Origin: an uncultured Candidatus Saccharibacteria bacterium
GTDB lineage: Bacteria > Patescibacteriota > Minisyncoccia > Phycocordibacterales > UBA9973
Length of the DNA: 64,000 nucleotides
NCBI GenBank assembly: GCA_964473175.1
Contig: CAYYNN010000001.1
Coordinates: forward strand, 408-64,407
Direction: 5' to 3'
How positions within the stretch are numbered: position 1 is the first letter of the stretch; each line of letters begins with the position of its first letter. This document shows, piece by piece, positions 19,716-27,710 of this stretch. The notes beneath the pieces were generated by a model. That model was given only the letters and a program-made list of their open reading frames with translations. It was not told the DNA's origin and did no database searches. The position numbers and the translations under genes are program-made.

Positions 19716-20345
19716 ATGCGCCTTATGAATTCAAAACTTTCATTTAAGCTGTTATCAAAAAGAACAGCGCCATCTGACCTACCCAAGAAAACCGGTAGTA
19801 TTACAAAAAGCACTGCCTCAAAAAAAGGAACTGATAAACCGGTGGATAATAACCGACGCCTTTTTTTAAAAATCGCTGGTGTGGCAGGGCTTGGGGTAGC
19901 TGCATCTGCGCTTTTCCCTAAACAAGCAAACGCATATGTTGCCGGAAGCACACCGACGTCCAATGTTGTGGGTGTAAAGAATGCTGCTAATAGTCGTATC
20001 AACCCTGCAACTGAAGAAACACTTGCAACGATTATTGCTGGTCAAAATGTTAAAAAATTATCGATAAATCTTGCAGCTTCAGGTGTAGTGCGAACACCTG
20101 ATACCGGCAAGAAAATTCGAGTCTATGCATCCAGATTTTCTTTGACCTCAGACGCAACGTCTGTATCATTTCGATTTACTGCAGTAGGTACTGATCATGA
20201 AAAATACGTTTCGCCCAAGACAGGAGGTCTCTATGGGGCAAACAATCACCCCAACTATATCGAAGGGGGAGTTGATGATGTGTTATACTGTGTTATCAAT
20301 GGTACTACGACAGTTCAAATTAATATCGATTATTTAGAAATTTAA
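19716..20345 (+). CDS. Twin-arginine (Tat) signal protein
   Basis: NNRRLFLKIAGVAGLGVAASALFPKQANA|Y (RR at 19854); start chosen 6 nt after TATGAT (ORF track start 19701). Confidence 0.85.
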   Translation: MRLMNSKLSFKLLSKRTAPSDLPKKTGSITKSTASKKGTDKPVDNNRRLFLKIAGVAGLGVAASALFPKQANAYVAGSTPTSNVVGVKNAANSRINPATEETLATIIAGQNVKKLSINLAASGVVRTPDTGKKIRVYASRFSLTSDATSVSFRFTAVGTDHEKYVSPKTGGLYGANNHPNYIEGGVDDVLYCVINGTTTVQINIDYLEI

Positions 20346-20354
20346 TTTTACATT

Positions 20355-22487
20355 ATGGCATTAAGAGCAGTTGAACATATCTTTACCGGAACTACTACGC
20401 CATATACGTCGTATGATTCTACAAAGACAAACCTCGGAGTACTGATTCAACAACGGACAGGTGCTAGTGCAACTGACAAATTTGCTGGACCAATGCCTAT
20501 TGCACTGGCTCGACCTATGGAAGCGAGTACTGCTATTACTGTCGCGTATCCCCATGTTATTGCATATAGCCCAGATGTTCATTGGGTGTTCCTGGCAGAA
20601 AACTCGACGGCTGCAGCAACTCGAAGAATAATTAAATACACGTATACAATATCTACAGGGGTGTTTAACTGGGATGGATTTATTACGCTCACTTTTCCTG
20701 CAGCGACAGTTGGTCACACAGTGCGAGGGTTCCGCATGACAAGAGATCTATACACTACTGGTGCTGCATCAGTAAGCGGAACTGCTGTAACCGGGTCAGG
20801 TACTGACTGGGCTACCTCTGGTCTTGCAGTGGGCTCGAGAATAGGTTTCGGTACTAGTGATCCTACTGCGGTAACGACATGGTATGAGATAAGTGCCGTC
20901 AATTCAAATACATCTATTACCCTTACTACTTCAGCAGGCACAGTGAGCAGTGGAGCATATGTTATTGAAGAGTTGCGAGCAATAGTTTCTACTTCTAACA
21001 CCACTACTACCAACGGAGGATTGTTTATTGCAAAAGGGCTTCGAGAAATTATTTTTTCTACTGCAGGTACAACAATCCCTGCAGCAACCACTGTTGATAA
21101 TATTCGTGCAGTATACTGGTGCGCTGATGCAAGTACTGTAACAAATACTATTGCTTGCGGAGTAGCTCTTGGTGCAAAAGATTCGTGGACACAACAATAT
21201 GCATATGTGATTGATGGTACTGCTGGTACCAACAGAGTGTACAAATATAACCTTCGCGCAGCACTTACTTCGATAGTTTCAGGAAAAACAACTTCCTCAT
21301 TTGTCCTTGTTACTGGTGCTCAAACACCTACAGGAACAGTCTCTCAGGCAAATAATGGGCGAGTGGGGACACTGGCGCACGGTCCAGGATCTGGAATAGA
21401 GTCTCTGTATTATGTAACAACAACTCGTGTGTATCGCGCATCGTTATCAAGTATCACATCGGGTAACATTGCATGGCAAAGTGATGCAATGCAAGAAATA
21501 CCACCTGGAGGTACATCAACATACCCTATAACTAGTGCATTAAACTCAGTCGAAATATCAGACGCTACTGACAGGCTGATAGTGATGAGTAGCGGTACTG
21601 CTGGTGCTCGTAGCTATGTAACACAATACAATACCGTAGGTAATCCATTCGACCACATTTTTCTTATCGATGACAAACAATATGATCAAAGTTCAACAGA
21701 TGCAGGTGCTGTGGCACATCCTGCTATATCCGCGCTACCTTTTTCTGTTTGGTCTGAGGCAGGCATATGTTACATGTGCAGAATTAGCACTGTAGCAACA
21801 ACCAATCAGCTCTACGCAGTACCACTTGGTGCTCATTGGACATACGCAGCATCAACTCCACAACAAAGACTCATTACACCTTCACTGAGTACAGTGAATG
21901 CTGTTACGTTTTCTCGAGTGTATATTAACTCATTAAACCAGCTTGGTTCTGGTACTTTGGGTCTTCCCCCCGAACCTTTCAGGCTTTTTTACCGAACATC
22001 TGGCATAGTCGACAATAGTGGAACATGGAACGCACTAGACGATGGAAGTGTTCTAAATGGAATAGCCCCTACTTCAGAAATACAGTTTATGTTTGAGTTC
22101 AAAATTTTGGGCGGGTCGTGTATTCCTTGTCGTATATATAGTCTGTCTCTAACATATCAAGACAATACTACTGATTCGCACTATCAACCGTCTGTAGGAA
22201 ATTCTTCAATCACCAGCAAGGTATTTTCATGGAGATTCTCGACAGCATTCGGAGGAACTGTTCCTACGTTGAAAATACAATTGTTCGACGCTGTTACTGG
22301 AGGGTCTTTGTTGAATGATACGACTACTGCGAGCGCTGCTGGAACATGGGAAAAATCTGTTGACGGTGGATCTATATGGTCTACATATAACACGTCTGAT
22401 AAAGCAAATGATCTGACCTATATTCGATATACACCAACAAGCCTCGCTGACAATATAAAGGTACGAGCATTGTTAACACAAAACTAA
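20355..22487 (+). CDS. 710-aa Thr/Ser/Gly-rich beta protein, phage-fibre/structural-like, no signal peptide
   Basis: YTTGAASVSGTAVTGSGTDW...WYEISAVNSNTSITL motif; Asp-box-like WEKSVDGGSIW; no hydrophobic N-terminus. Confidence 0.7.
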   Translation: MALRAVEHIFTGTTTPYTSYDSTKTNLGVLIQQRTGASATDKFAGPMPIALARPMEASTAITVAYPHVIAYSPDVHWVFLAENSTAAATRRIIKYTYTISTGVFNWDGFITLTFPAATVGHTVRGFRMTRDLYTTGAASVSGTAVTGSGTDWATSGLAVGSRIGFGTSDPTAVTTWYEISAVNSNTSITLTTSAGTVSSGAYVIEELRAIVSTSNTTTTNGGLFIAKGLREIIFSTAGTTIPAATTVDNIRAVYWCADASTVTNTIACGVALGAKDSWTQQYAYVIDGTAGTNRVYKYNLRAALTSIVSGKTTSSFVLVTGAQTPTGTVSQANNGRVGTLAHGPGSGIESLYYVTTTRVYRASLSSITSGNIAWQSDAMQEIPPGGTSTYPITSALNSVEISDATDRLIVMSSGTAGARSYVTQYNTVGNPFDHIFLIDDKQYDQSSTDAGAVAHPAISALPFSVWSEAGICYMCRISTVATTNQLYAVPLGAHWTYAASTPQQRLITPSLSTVNAVTFSRVYINSLNQLGSGTLGLPPEPFRLFYRTSGIVDNSGTWNALDDGSVLNGIAPTSEIQFMFEFKILGGSCIPCRIYSLSLTYQDNTTDSHYQPSVGNSSITSKVFSWRFSTAFGGTVPTLKIQLFDAVTGGSLLNDTTTASAAGTWEKSVDGGSIWSTYNTSDKANDLTYIRYTPTSLADNIKVRALLTQN

Positions 22488-22488
22488 T

Positions 22489-23040
22489 ATGATTCATATT
22501 GAAACAGAGCAGTATTTAGTAGACTCCACAAATCTCAAGGTCTCATCACCAACAGGTGATTACGAAGATCAGGATCTTATAGAGTGCGTGGATAGAGAAA
22601 ACTCAGTAACATCAGTGATTGCATATCAAGCACAGTACGTAAAATACGGTGGAATGGTGTACTCATTTGGAAGTTCTAAAGAATTGGGAGTTGAGATTTT
22701 GAAGGTTGATCCTCAGTCTACGCACGCGGCAGCTTCGTATGTCAGAATGATAGAAGAACTAGATACACAAATGAATCAAGGTGAGTTGGAGCCGAGTTCA
22801 CTAAAGAATGTTTTGTCAGATGAACAAGAAGTGATGGAAGAAAAAAGAGCTGAACCAGAAATTCAAGAAACTCCACAAATAAAAGAAGAGGTACTAGAGG
22901 ACACACCCGTAGAAGAAGTTGTTGTGCCTGAGATTATTCCGTCAGATACACTACTAGAAAATCCTGAGCCGGTACTCACTACAGAAGAAACCCTTTCAGT
23001 AGTAACAAATAAAAAGAGGAGACCCAGGAGATTAGGATAA
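22489..23040 (+). CDS. Hypothetical acidic protein with a basic C-terminal tail
   Basis: 1 nt after the previous stop; Glu/Pro-rich low-complexity region ending KKRRPRRLG. Confidence 0.7.
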   Translation: MIHIETEQYLVDSTNLKVSSPTGDYEDQDLIECVDRENSVTSVIAYQAQYVKYGGMVYSFGSSKELGVEILKVDPQSTHAAASYVRMIEELDTQMNQGELEPSSLKNVLSDEQEVMEEKRAEPEIQETPQIKEEVLEDTPVEEVVVPEIIPSDTLLENPEPVLTTEETLSVVTNKKRRPRRLG

Positions 23041-23043
23041 AAT

Positions 23044-23220
23044 ATGGCACTGACTGATATCAATTTTCAAGAAGGGGAAGGGCAGGATTTCATTACTGAA
23101 TTCCCGTCTGTTGGGTATGTTGGTGCAATGAGTGATATTGTTGTTGAATCAAATGGGTCTCAGTATCCAGTACTAGAGATTCCTGCAGGAGGAGGAAATA
23201 TTTTTATCATGTCAGAGTAA
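23044..23220 (+). CDS. 58-aa acidic protein, not in ORF track
   Basis: MALTDINFQEGEGQDF...EIPAGGGNIFIMSE*; fills the gap exactly (3 nt after the previous stop, 6 nt before tatC). Confidence 0.75.
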   Translation: MALTDINFQEGEGQDFITEFPSVGYVGAMSDIVVESNGSQYPVLEIPAGGGNIFIMSE

Positions 23221-23226
23221 TCGCAC

Positions 23227-23955
23227 ATGAACTCTTTTCAGAAAACGATCAAAAAATACGCCGCATATTTTGAAGAATTGCGTCGCAGGTTGGTATTTGT
23301 CGTCAAGGTATTTGCGGTAGTTTTTGTTCTTGCTTTTGTTGGTACTCGACCTATTATTAAATTACTGCTTTCCTACGTGAGTATAGAGGGAGTAACAGTG
23401 GTGACGACCTCACCATTTCAACTTGTTGAACTCGCGATGAGTATTGGTTTTTTTGTAGCGTGTGTGGTGGTAGTACCACTGTGTATTTATTATCTGTATG
23501 TTTTTTTGAAGCCAGCACTTCTTTTAAAGGAACGCAAACTTTTTCTATTGTCGCTTCCACTAGGACTAGTGCTGTTTGTGGTAGGGTTTATGTATAGTTC
23601 AGTTATGCTCTACAACGCCATCCGCATTATTGCGGTACTGAACGTGCACCTCGGCGTTGCCAATTATTGGGATATTAGTACCTTTATGTATCAAATTATC
23701 TTGACATCAACCTTGCTCGGACTGCTATTCTTATTTCCTGTCGTTATTACATTCCTTGTTCGACTTGGTGTTACAAGCGTCGCATTTTTGCGTTCGAAAA
23801 GACGACATGCCATTGTAATTATATTCATCATTGTTGCTTTACTTCCCCCAACTGATGGTCTATCATTAGTGTTAATGGCAGTACCGTTAGTGCTGATTTT
23901 TGAACTTACGGTTTTGTTCAATAGAAGAAAAGTAACATCGATAATAGTAACCTAA
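23227..23955 (+). CDS. tatC: Twin-arginine translocase subunit TatC
   Basis: FEELRRRL, SPF, FLKPALLLKE, RRHAIV..IVALLPPTD...VPLVLIFE; 6 TMs. Confidence 0.9.
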   Translation: MNSFQKTIKKYAAYFEELRRRLVFVVKVFAVVFVLAFVGTRPIIKLLLSYVSIEGVTVVTTSPFQLVELAMSIGFFVACVVVVPLCIYYLYVFLKPALLLKERKLFLLSLPLGLVLFVVGFMYSSVMLYNAIRIIAVLNVHLGVANYWDISTFMYQIILTSTLLGLLFLFPVVITFLVRLGVTSVAFLRSKRRHAIVIIFIIVALLPPTDGLSLVLMAVPLVLIFELTVLFNRRKVTSIIVT

Positions 23956-23970
23956 TAATAGTATCGCACC

Positions 23971-24123
23971 ATGTTTGGACTCGGAACAAAAGAAATCATC
24001 ATTATCGCAGTCGTCATTGTGTTGTTGTTTGGATCAAAAAAGATACCTGAATTAACAAAATCAATTGCTGATGCAGTCAAACATCTTCTCGGTGCATTCA
24101 AAGACGCAGACCCTAAAAAATAA
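23971..24123 (+). CDS. tatA: TatA/E subunit 1 (50 aa), not in ORF track
   Basis: MFGLGTKEIIIIAVVIVLLFGSKKIPELTKSIADAVKHLLGAFK...; TM, FG hinge, amphipathic helix. Confidence 0.92.
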   Translation: MFGLGTKEIIIIAVVIVLLFGSKKIPELTKSIADAVKHLLGAFKDADPKK

Positions 24124-24163
24124 AGGACGCTTCAGTATTTTTATTATTTAATATATTAATCCC

Positions 24164-24322
24164 ATGTTTGGACTCGGAACAAAAGAAATCATCATTATCG
24201 CAGTCATCGTAGTTCTTCTATTTGGATCTAAGAAAATTCCAGAACTCGCTAAAAATCTTGTCGAAGCGTTCAAAAACTTAACTGGTGCATTTAAGTCTTC
24301 AGAAAATAAAAAAAATAAGTAG
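24164..24322 (+). CDS. tatA: TatA/E subunit 2 (52 aa), not in ORF track
   Basis: MFGLGTKEIIIIAVIVVLLFGSKKIPELAKNLVEAFKNLTGAFK... Confidence 0.92.
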   Translation: MFGLGTKEIIIIAVIVVLLFGSKKIPELAKNLVEAFKNLTGAFKSSENKKNK

Positions 24323-24381
24323 TGATTCGATATCGAGCATTACTACCGTTCGTATCTTTTGATTCTTTTTAAATATTATTT

Positions 24382-26814
24382 GTGACAACTTCATCTCTGA
24401 AAAAAAATACACTCTTGTGCGTGCTCTACGCAGGTATAGTTTTTTCTGTTGGGTTTTTTGTGTACACCACTGCGTTCGCCATTGATGTACATATGCCGGG
24501 TGAATCCATAACAATCGGAGAGTTTATATATAACGACGATTACTCGCCAACCACTGACGATTGTACGATATCCATATATTCACCAGCAGGAGCAACGCTT
24601 GTCAACGAAGCAACAATGACGGACGATAGTACTGGCTGGCATTACTATCCATACACGACACCAGTCACCGAAGGAAGTTACCCTGCGTTTATTACTTGCG
24701 GGGCTACTTTGACTGGAGACTTAATGAAGCTCGACAAGTCGTTTGTGGTAAAGGTCTCTAGTCTCGATACTGATGCAATCGCATCAGCTGTTTGGGCAAG
24801 TCCCTCTCGCAGTCTGACTTCATTTGGTTCACTTGTTTCAGATATTTGGAGCAACAGCTCGCGAACACTTTCAGCGTTCGGCTCTCTGGCTGCGGATATT
24901 TGGGATAACTCATTTGCGGTCAACAGACAGTTGACGACAAAAGATATCGCGGGCGGCGGGTCACTTGCAACCGAAAGTTATATCGATGCATCTCAGGCTA
25001 CTATTGTGGGTGAAATCGAAACAAACCGTACACTCATCAATGCGCTCAATAACATTTCAGCTGCCGACGTGTGGGCGTATGGAACACGGTCTACTAATGC
25101 GGGTAGTGTGAGTATCGATAGTAACTCTATTGCTGCTGTGTGGCAATCTGCTGCTTCTGGTTTAAATACGACAGGAAGTATTGGGAAGCTCATCGTCGAC
25201 AACCTCGATGCACAAGTGTCCAGTCGAGGGACAAGTACACTCACTGCAGGAGATGTATGGGCATCAACAACACGCACACTTTCAACCACTGGAGTTGATG
25301 CACTTTCAAGTGGAGTATGGTCAGCAGCAAGTAGGACACTCTCAAACTATGGTAACGACATCACCGCAGCAGATGTCTGGAACACATTGTCCTCATCACT
25401 GACAACGGTTGGTTCTATTGGAGAGCAACTTGCAAACAATGTTGATATAAAAAATTCAGATATTTTGACGGAAGTACAAGCTAACGCAACACTCATCAAT
25501 GCGCTCAATAATATTTCAGCTGCCGACGTGTGGGCGTATGGAACACGATCGGTAACTACTGATGTCACCATTTCAAATGCTTCATTACAGGCGCTATGGA
25601 ACACTGCAACAGTTGACCTCGCTACTACCGGGTCTGTCGGTAAGCTTATCGTTGATAACCTCAATGCCCAAGTGTCCAGTCGAGGGACGAGTAATCTTAC
25701 CGCCGCTGATGTATGGGCATCGGCAACGCGTACATTGACTGATTATTCTGATTCGACCATAGCAGCTGCGGTGTGGGCAAATGCAACGCGCACACTTTCA
25801 AATTACGGTAACGATATCACCGCAGCAGATGTGTGGAACACGCTATCTTCATCACTGACAACGGTTGGTTCTATTGGAGAGCAACTTGTAACAAATATTG
25901 ACGCCACTATATCGTCAAGAGCTTCTATGAGTGTAGGGGATTCATGGTCTGTAAAAATGGGAAATGTTGATCGTGTACAAACAGGTCAAGTCTACCGTAC
26001 CAAAGTATTTGTGTTAAACAATAGCGCACCTTCTGCACCATATGCGACACCCACCGTAACGCTCTATGATCCACAGCGCAACATATCAGTATCGGCAGTG
26101 TCGATGTCACTCATTAGTACTGGTGTGTATGAATACACATATACAGTCTCACCAAGTGCTGCCCAGGGACTTTGGGAAACCATCGCATCTACAGAAGTTG
26201 AAAGTGGTAAAACTGTACAGACCAATGATTACTGGGAAGTAGCAGGTTCTCCAGCTCAGGTCCTTATAAACTCAGTGAGTGCGACAGACCCTTCTACAAT
26301 ATTGGGTAATGTCACTGTAACTAACGAAGGTCTTACTGGATATGAGTATGACTATGAATGGTGTGTTGTCAGTGATCAGTCTAATGTGTGTGGAGGCAAC
26401 GATGACCTGTTCTATGCGTCTGCTGCAAAATTTATCAATCCTGGTGAAACCTGGAACACAACACTCTCAGCGGCGGTTACCTCTGCTGGCACCTATTACT
26501 TCAAACTCGTCGTTCACTTTGGTACCGATAATTCATCCGCATCGCGCGTGTTTACTGTAATAGGATCAACTCCTCCTGGAGGCGGAGGCGGTGGAGGAGG
26601 TACACCTCCACCAAATCAAGATACCTGTAACGGTGCTGATTTTAACAAAAATAGCGTAGTAGATTCGACTGATTTCTCTATCATGCTGTATTTCTGGAAG
26701 ACAGCATTTCCTTTCAAGAATCCATGCGTAGATATCAACGGAGATAAGAATGTAAATTCAATAGATTTCTCTATCATGCTTTTCCAGTGGGGTAAAAGGC
26801 CGTTATCAACATGA
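24382..26814 (+). CDS. Secreted repeat protein with C-terminal dockerin-like domain
   Basis: GTG start, signal (AFA|I); many (A/S)ADVW..R(T/S)L repeats; Pro/Gly linker; two F-hand motifs DFNKNSVVDSTDF and DINGDKNVNSIDF. Confidence 0.8.
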   Translation: MTTSSLKKNTLLCVLYAGIVFSVGFFVYTTAFAIDVHMPGESITIGEFIYNDDYSPTTDDCTISIYSPAGATLVNEATMTDDSTGWHYYPYTTPVTEGSYPAFITCGATLTGDLMKLDKSFVVKVSSLDTDAIASAVWASPSRSLTSFGSLVSDIWSNSSRTLSAFGSLAADIWDNSFAVNRQLTTKDIAGGGSLATESYIDASQATIVGEIETNRTLINALNNISAADVWAYGTRSTNAGSVSIDSNSIAAVWQSAASGLNTTGSIGKLIVDNLDAQVSSRGTSTLTAGDVWASTTRTLSTTGVDALSSGVWSAASRTLSNYGNDITAADVWNTLSSSLTTVGSIGEQLANNVDIKNSDILTEVQANATLINALNNISAADVWAYGTRSVTTDVTISNASLQALWNTATVDLATTGSVGKLIVDNLNAQVSSRGTSNLTAADVWASATRTLTDYSDSTIAAAVWANATRTLSNYGNDITAADVWNTLSSSLTTVGSIGEQLVTNIDATISSRASMSVGDSWSVKMGNVDRVQTGQVYRTKVFVLNNSAPSAPYATPTVTLYDPQRNISVSAVSMSLISTGVYEYTYTVSPSAAQGLWETIASTEVESGKTVQTNDYWEVAGSPAQVLINSVSATDPSTILGNVTVTNEGLTGYEYDYEWCVVSDQSNVCGGNDDLFYASAAKFINPGETWNTTLSAAVTSAGTYYFKLVVHFGTDNSSASRVFTVIGSTPPGGGGGGGGTPPPNQDTCNGADFNKNSVVDSTDFSIMLYFWKTAFPFKNPCVDINGDKNVNSIDFSIMLFQWGKRPLST
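25030..25900 (+). repeat. Intragenic tandem duplication (~456-459-nt unit, two copies)
   Basis: acactcatcaatgcgctcaataa.atttcagctgccgacgtgtgggcgtatggaacacg at 25030 and 25489; tcatcactgacaacggttggttctattggagagcaacttg at 25393 and 25849. Confidence 0.9.
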
Positions 26815-27710
26815 GATATTTAATGACACATATGACCTCTACAAAATACATCACATTATTTTTTATACTTACATTTTTTCTCTGTATTCCAGCGCAGAGT
26901 ATGGCAGCAACTATTCGAGCATCGAGCTCTACGGCACTCTCAGCAGGAGATACTGCTATCATCTCGGTATTTCTTGATACTGAAGGTGAAACCATCAACT
27001 CTATTGATGGCGCGGTGTTGCTGACAGACACTCATGGCGGGAACTTCACTATCAAAGATATCAGCGTGAGTAACTCAGTCTTTACCTTGTGGCCACGTAA
27101 ACCTTCTCTAGGAGAAGGCCACCGCATATCATTGATTGGCGGTATTCCCGGAGGAATAACAGGGGACTCACTCTTGCTTTTTAAAGCTATTGTTACCATC
27201 AACGAAGCTGGTACCTTTTCTATACGACCAGACACACTCGTAGCGTATCTTAATGACGGGCTAGGTACTACGCGGACAATCACCAAAGACACAAGTACTA
27301 TCACCGTAGGTCAGCGACGAGCAGCAACAAAGGATAACTGGCAAGAAATCATTTCAAACGACAACGTAGCTCCAGAAACGTTTGGTATCACCTTGGTACA
27401 AGACACTAATCTTTATGAAGGCAAAAAATTTCTTTCTTTTGAAACAACTGATACTGCTTCAGGAATTAGTTATTACACCGTAAAAGAAGGAGCATACCCG
27501 AGTGTTCGTACAGGGAATAGTTATATACTTATCGATCAAAATATACCTGAGGATGTTGTGGTGACCGCATATGATAAGGCGGGTAATTTCCAGGTATCGG
27601 TTTTCAAAAATAAGACACCAATACAGTGGGGTACCGTAGGCGTAGCACTTCTTGGGATAAGCGGTATCTATATCATCTACAAGAGATCTTGTAAAAAAAC
27701 AAATGCATAA
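26811..27710 (+). CDS. Cohesin-domain membrane-anchored surface protein
   Basis: Signal; GDTAIISVFLDTEGETINSIDG..LW..GG.PGG..YLNDGLGT cohesin-like; D..SGI..Y / AYDKAGN Ig-like; C-terminal TM plus basic tail. Confidence 0.8.
   Translation: MRYLMTHMTSTKYITLFFILTFFLCIPAQSMAATIRASSSTALSAGDTAIISVFLDTEGETINSIDGAVLLTDTHGGNFTIKDISVSNSVFTLWPRKPSLGEGHRISLIGGIPGGITGDSLLLFKAIVTINEAGTFSIRPDTLVAYLNDGLGTTRTITKDTSTITVGQRRAATKDNWQEIISNDNVAPETFGITLVQDTNLYEGKKFLSFETTDTASGISYYTVKEGAYPSVRTGNSYILIDQNIPEDVVVTAYDKAGNFQVSVFKNKTPIQWGTVGVALLGISGIYIIYKRSCKKTNA

Noticed and set aside
24780-25900. CRISPR array or DGR template/variable repeat
   Set aside because: Repeats are in-frame coding duplications without unique spacers; differences are not adenine-specific and no cas or reverse transcriptase gene is present.
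26578-26600. GGA/GGC run as a phase-variable simple repeat
   Set aside because: Mixed-codon in-frame poly-Gly linker; slippage would not shift the frame.
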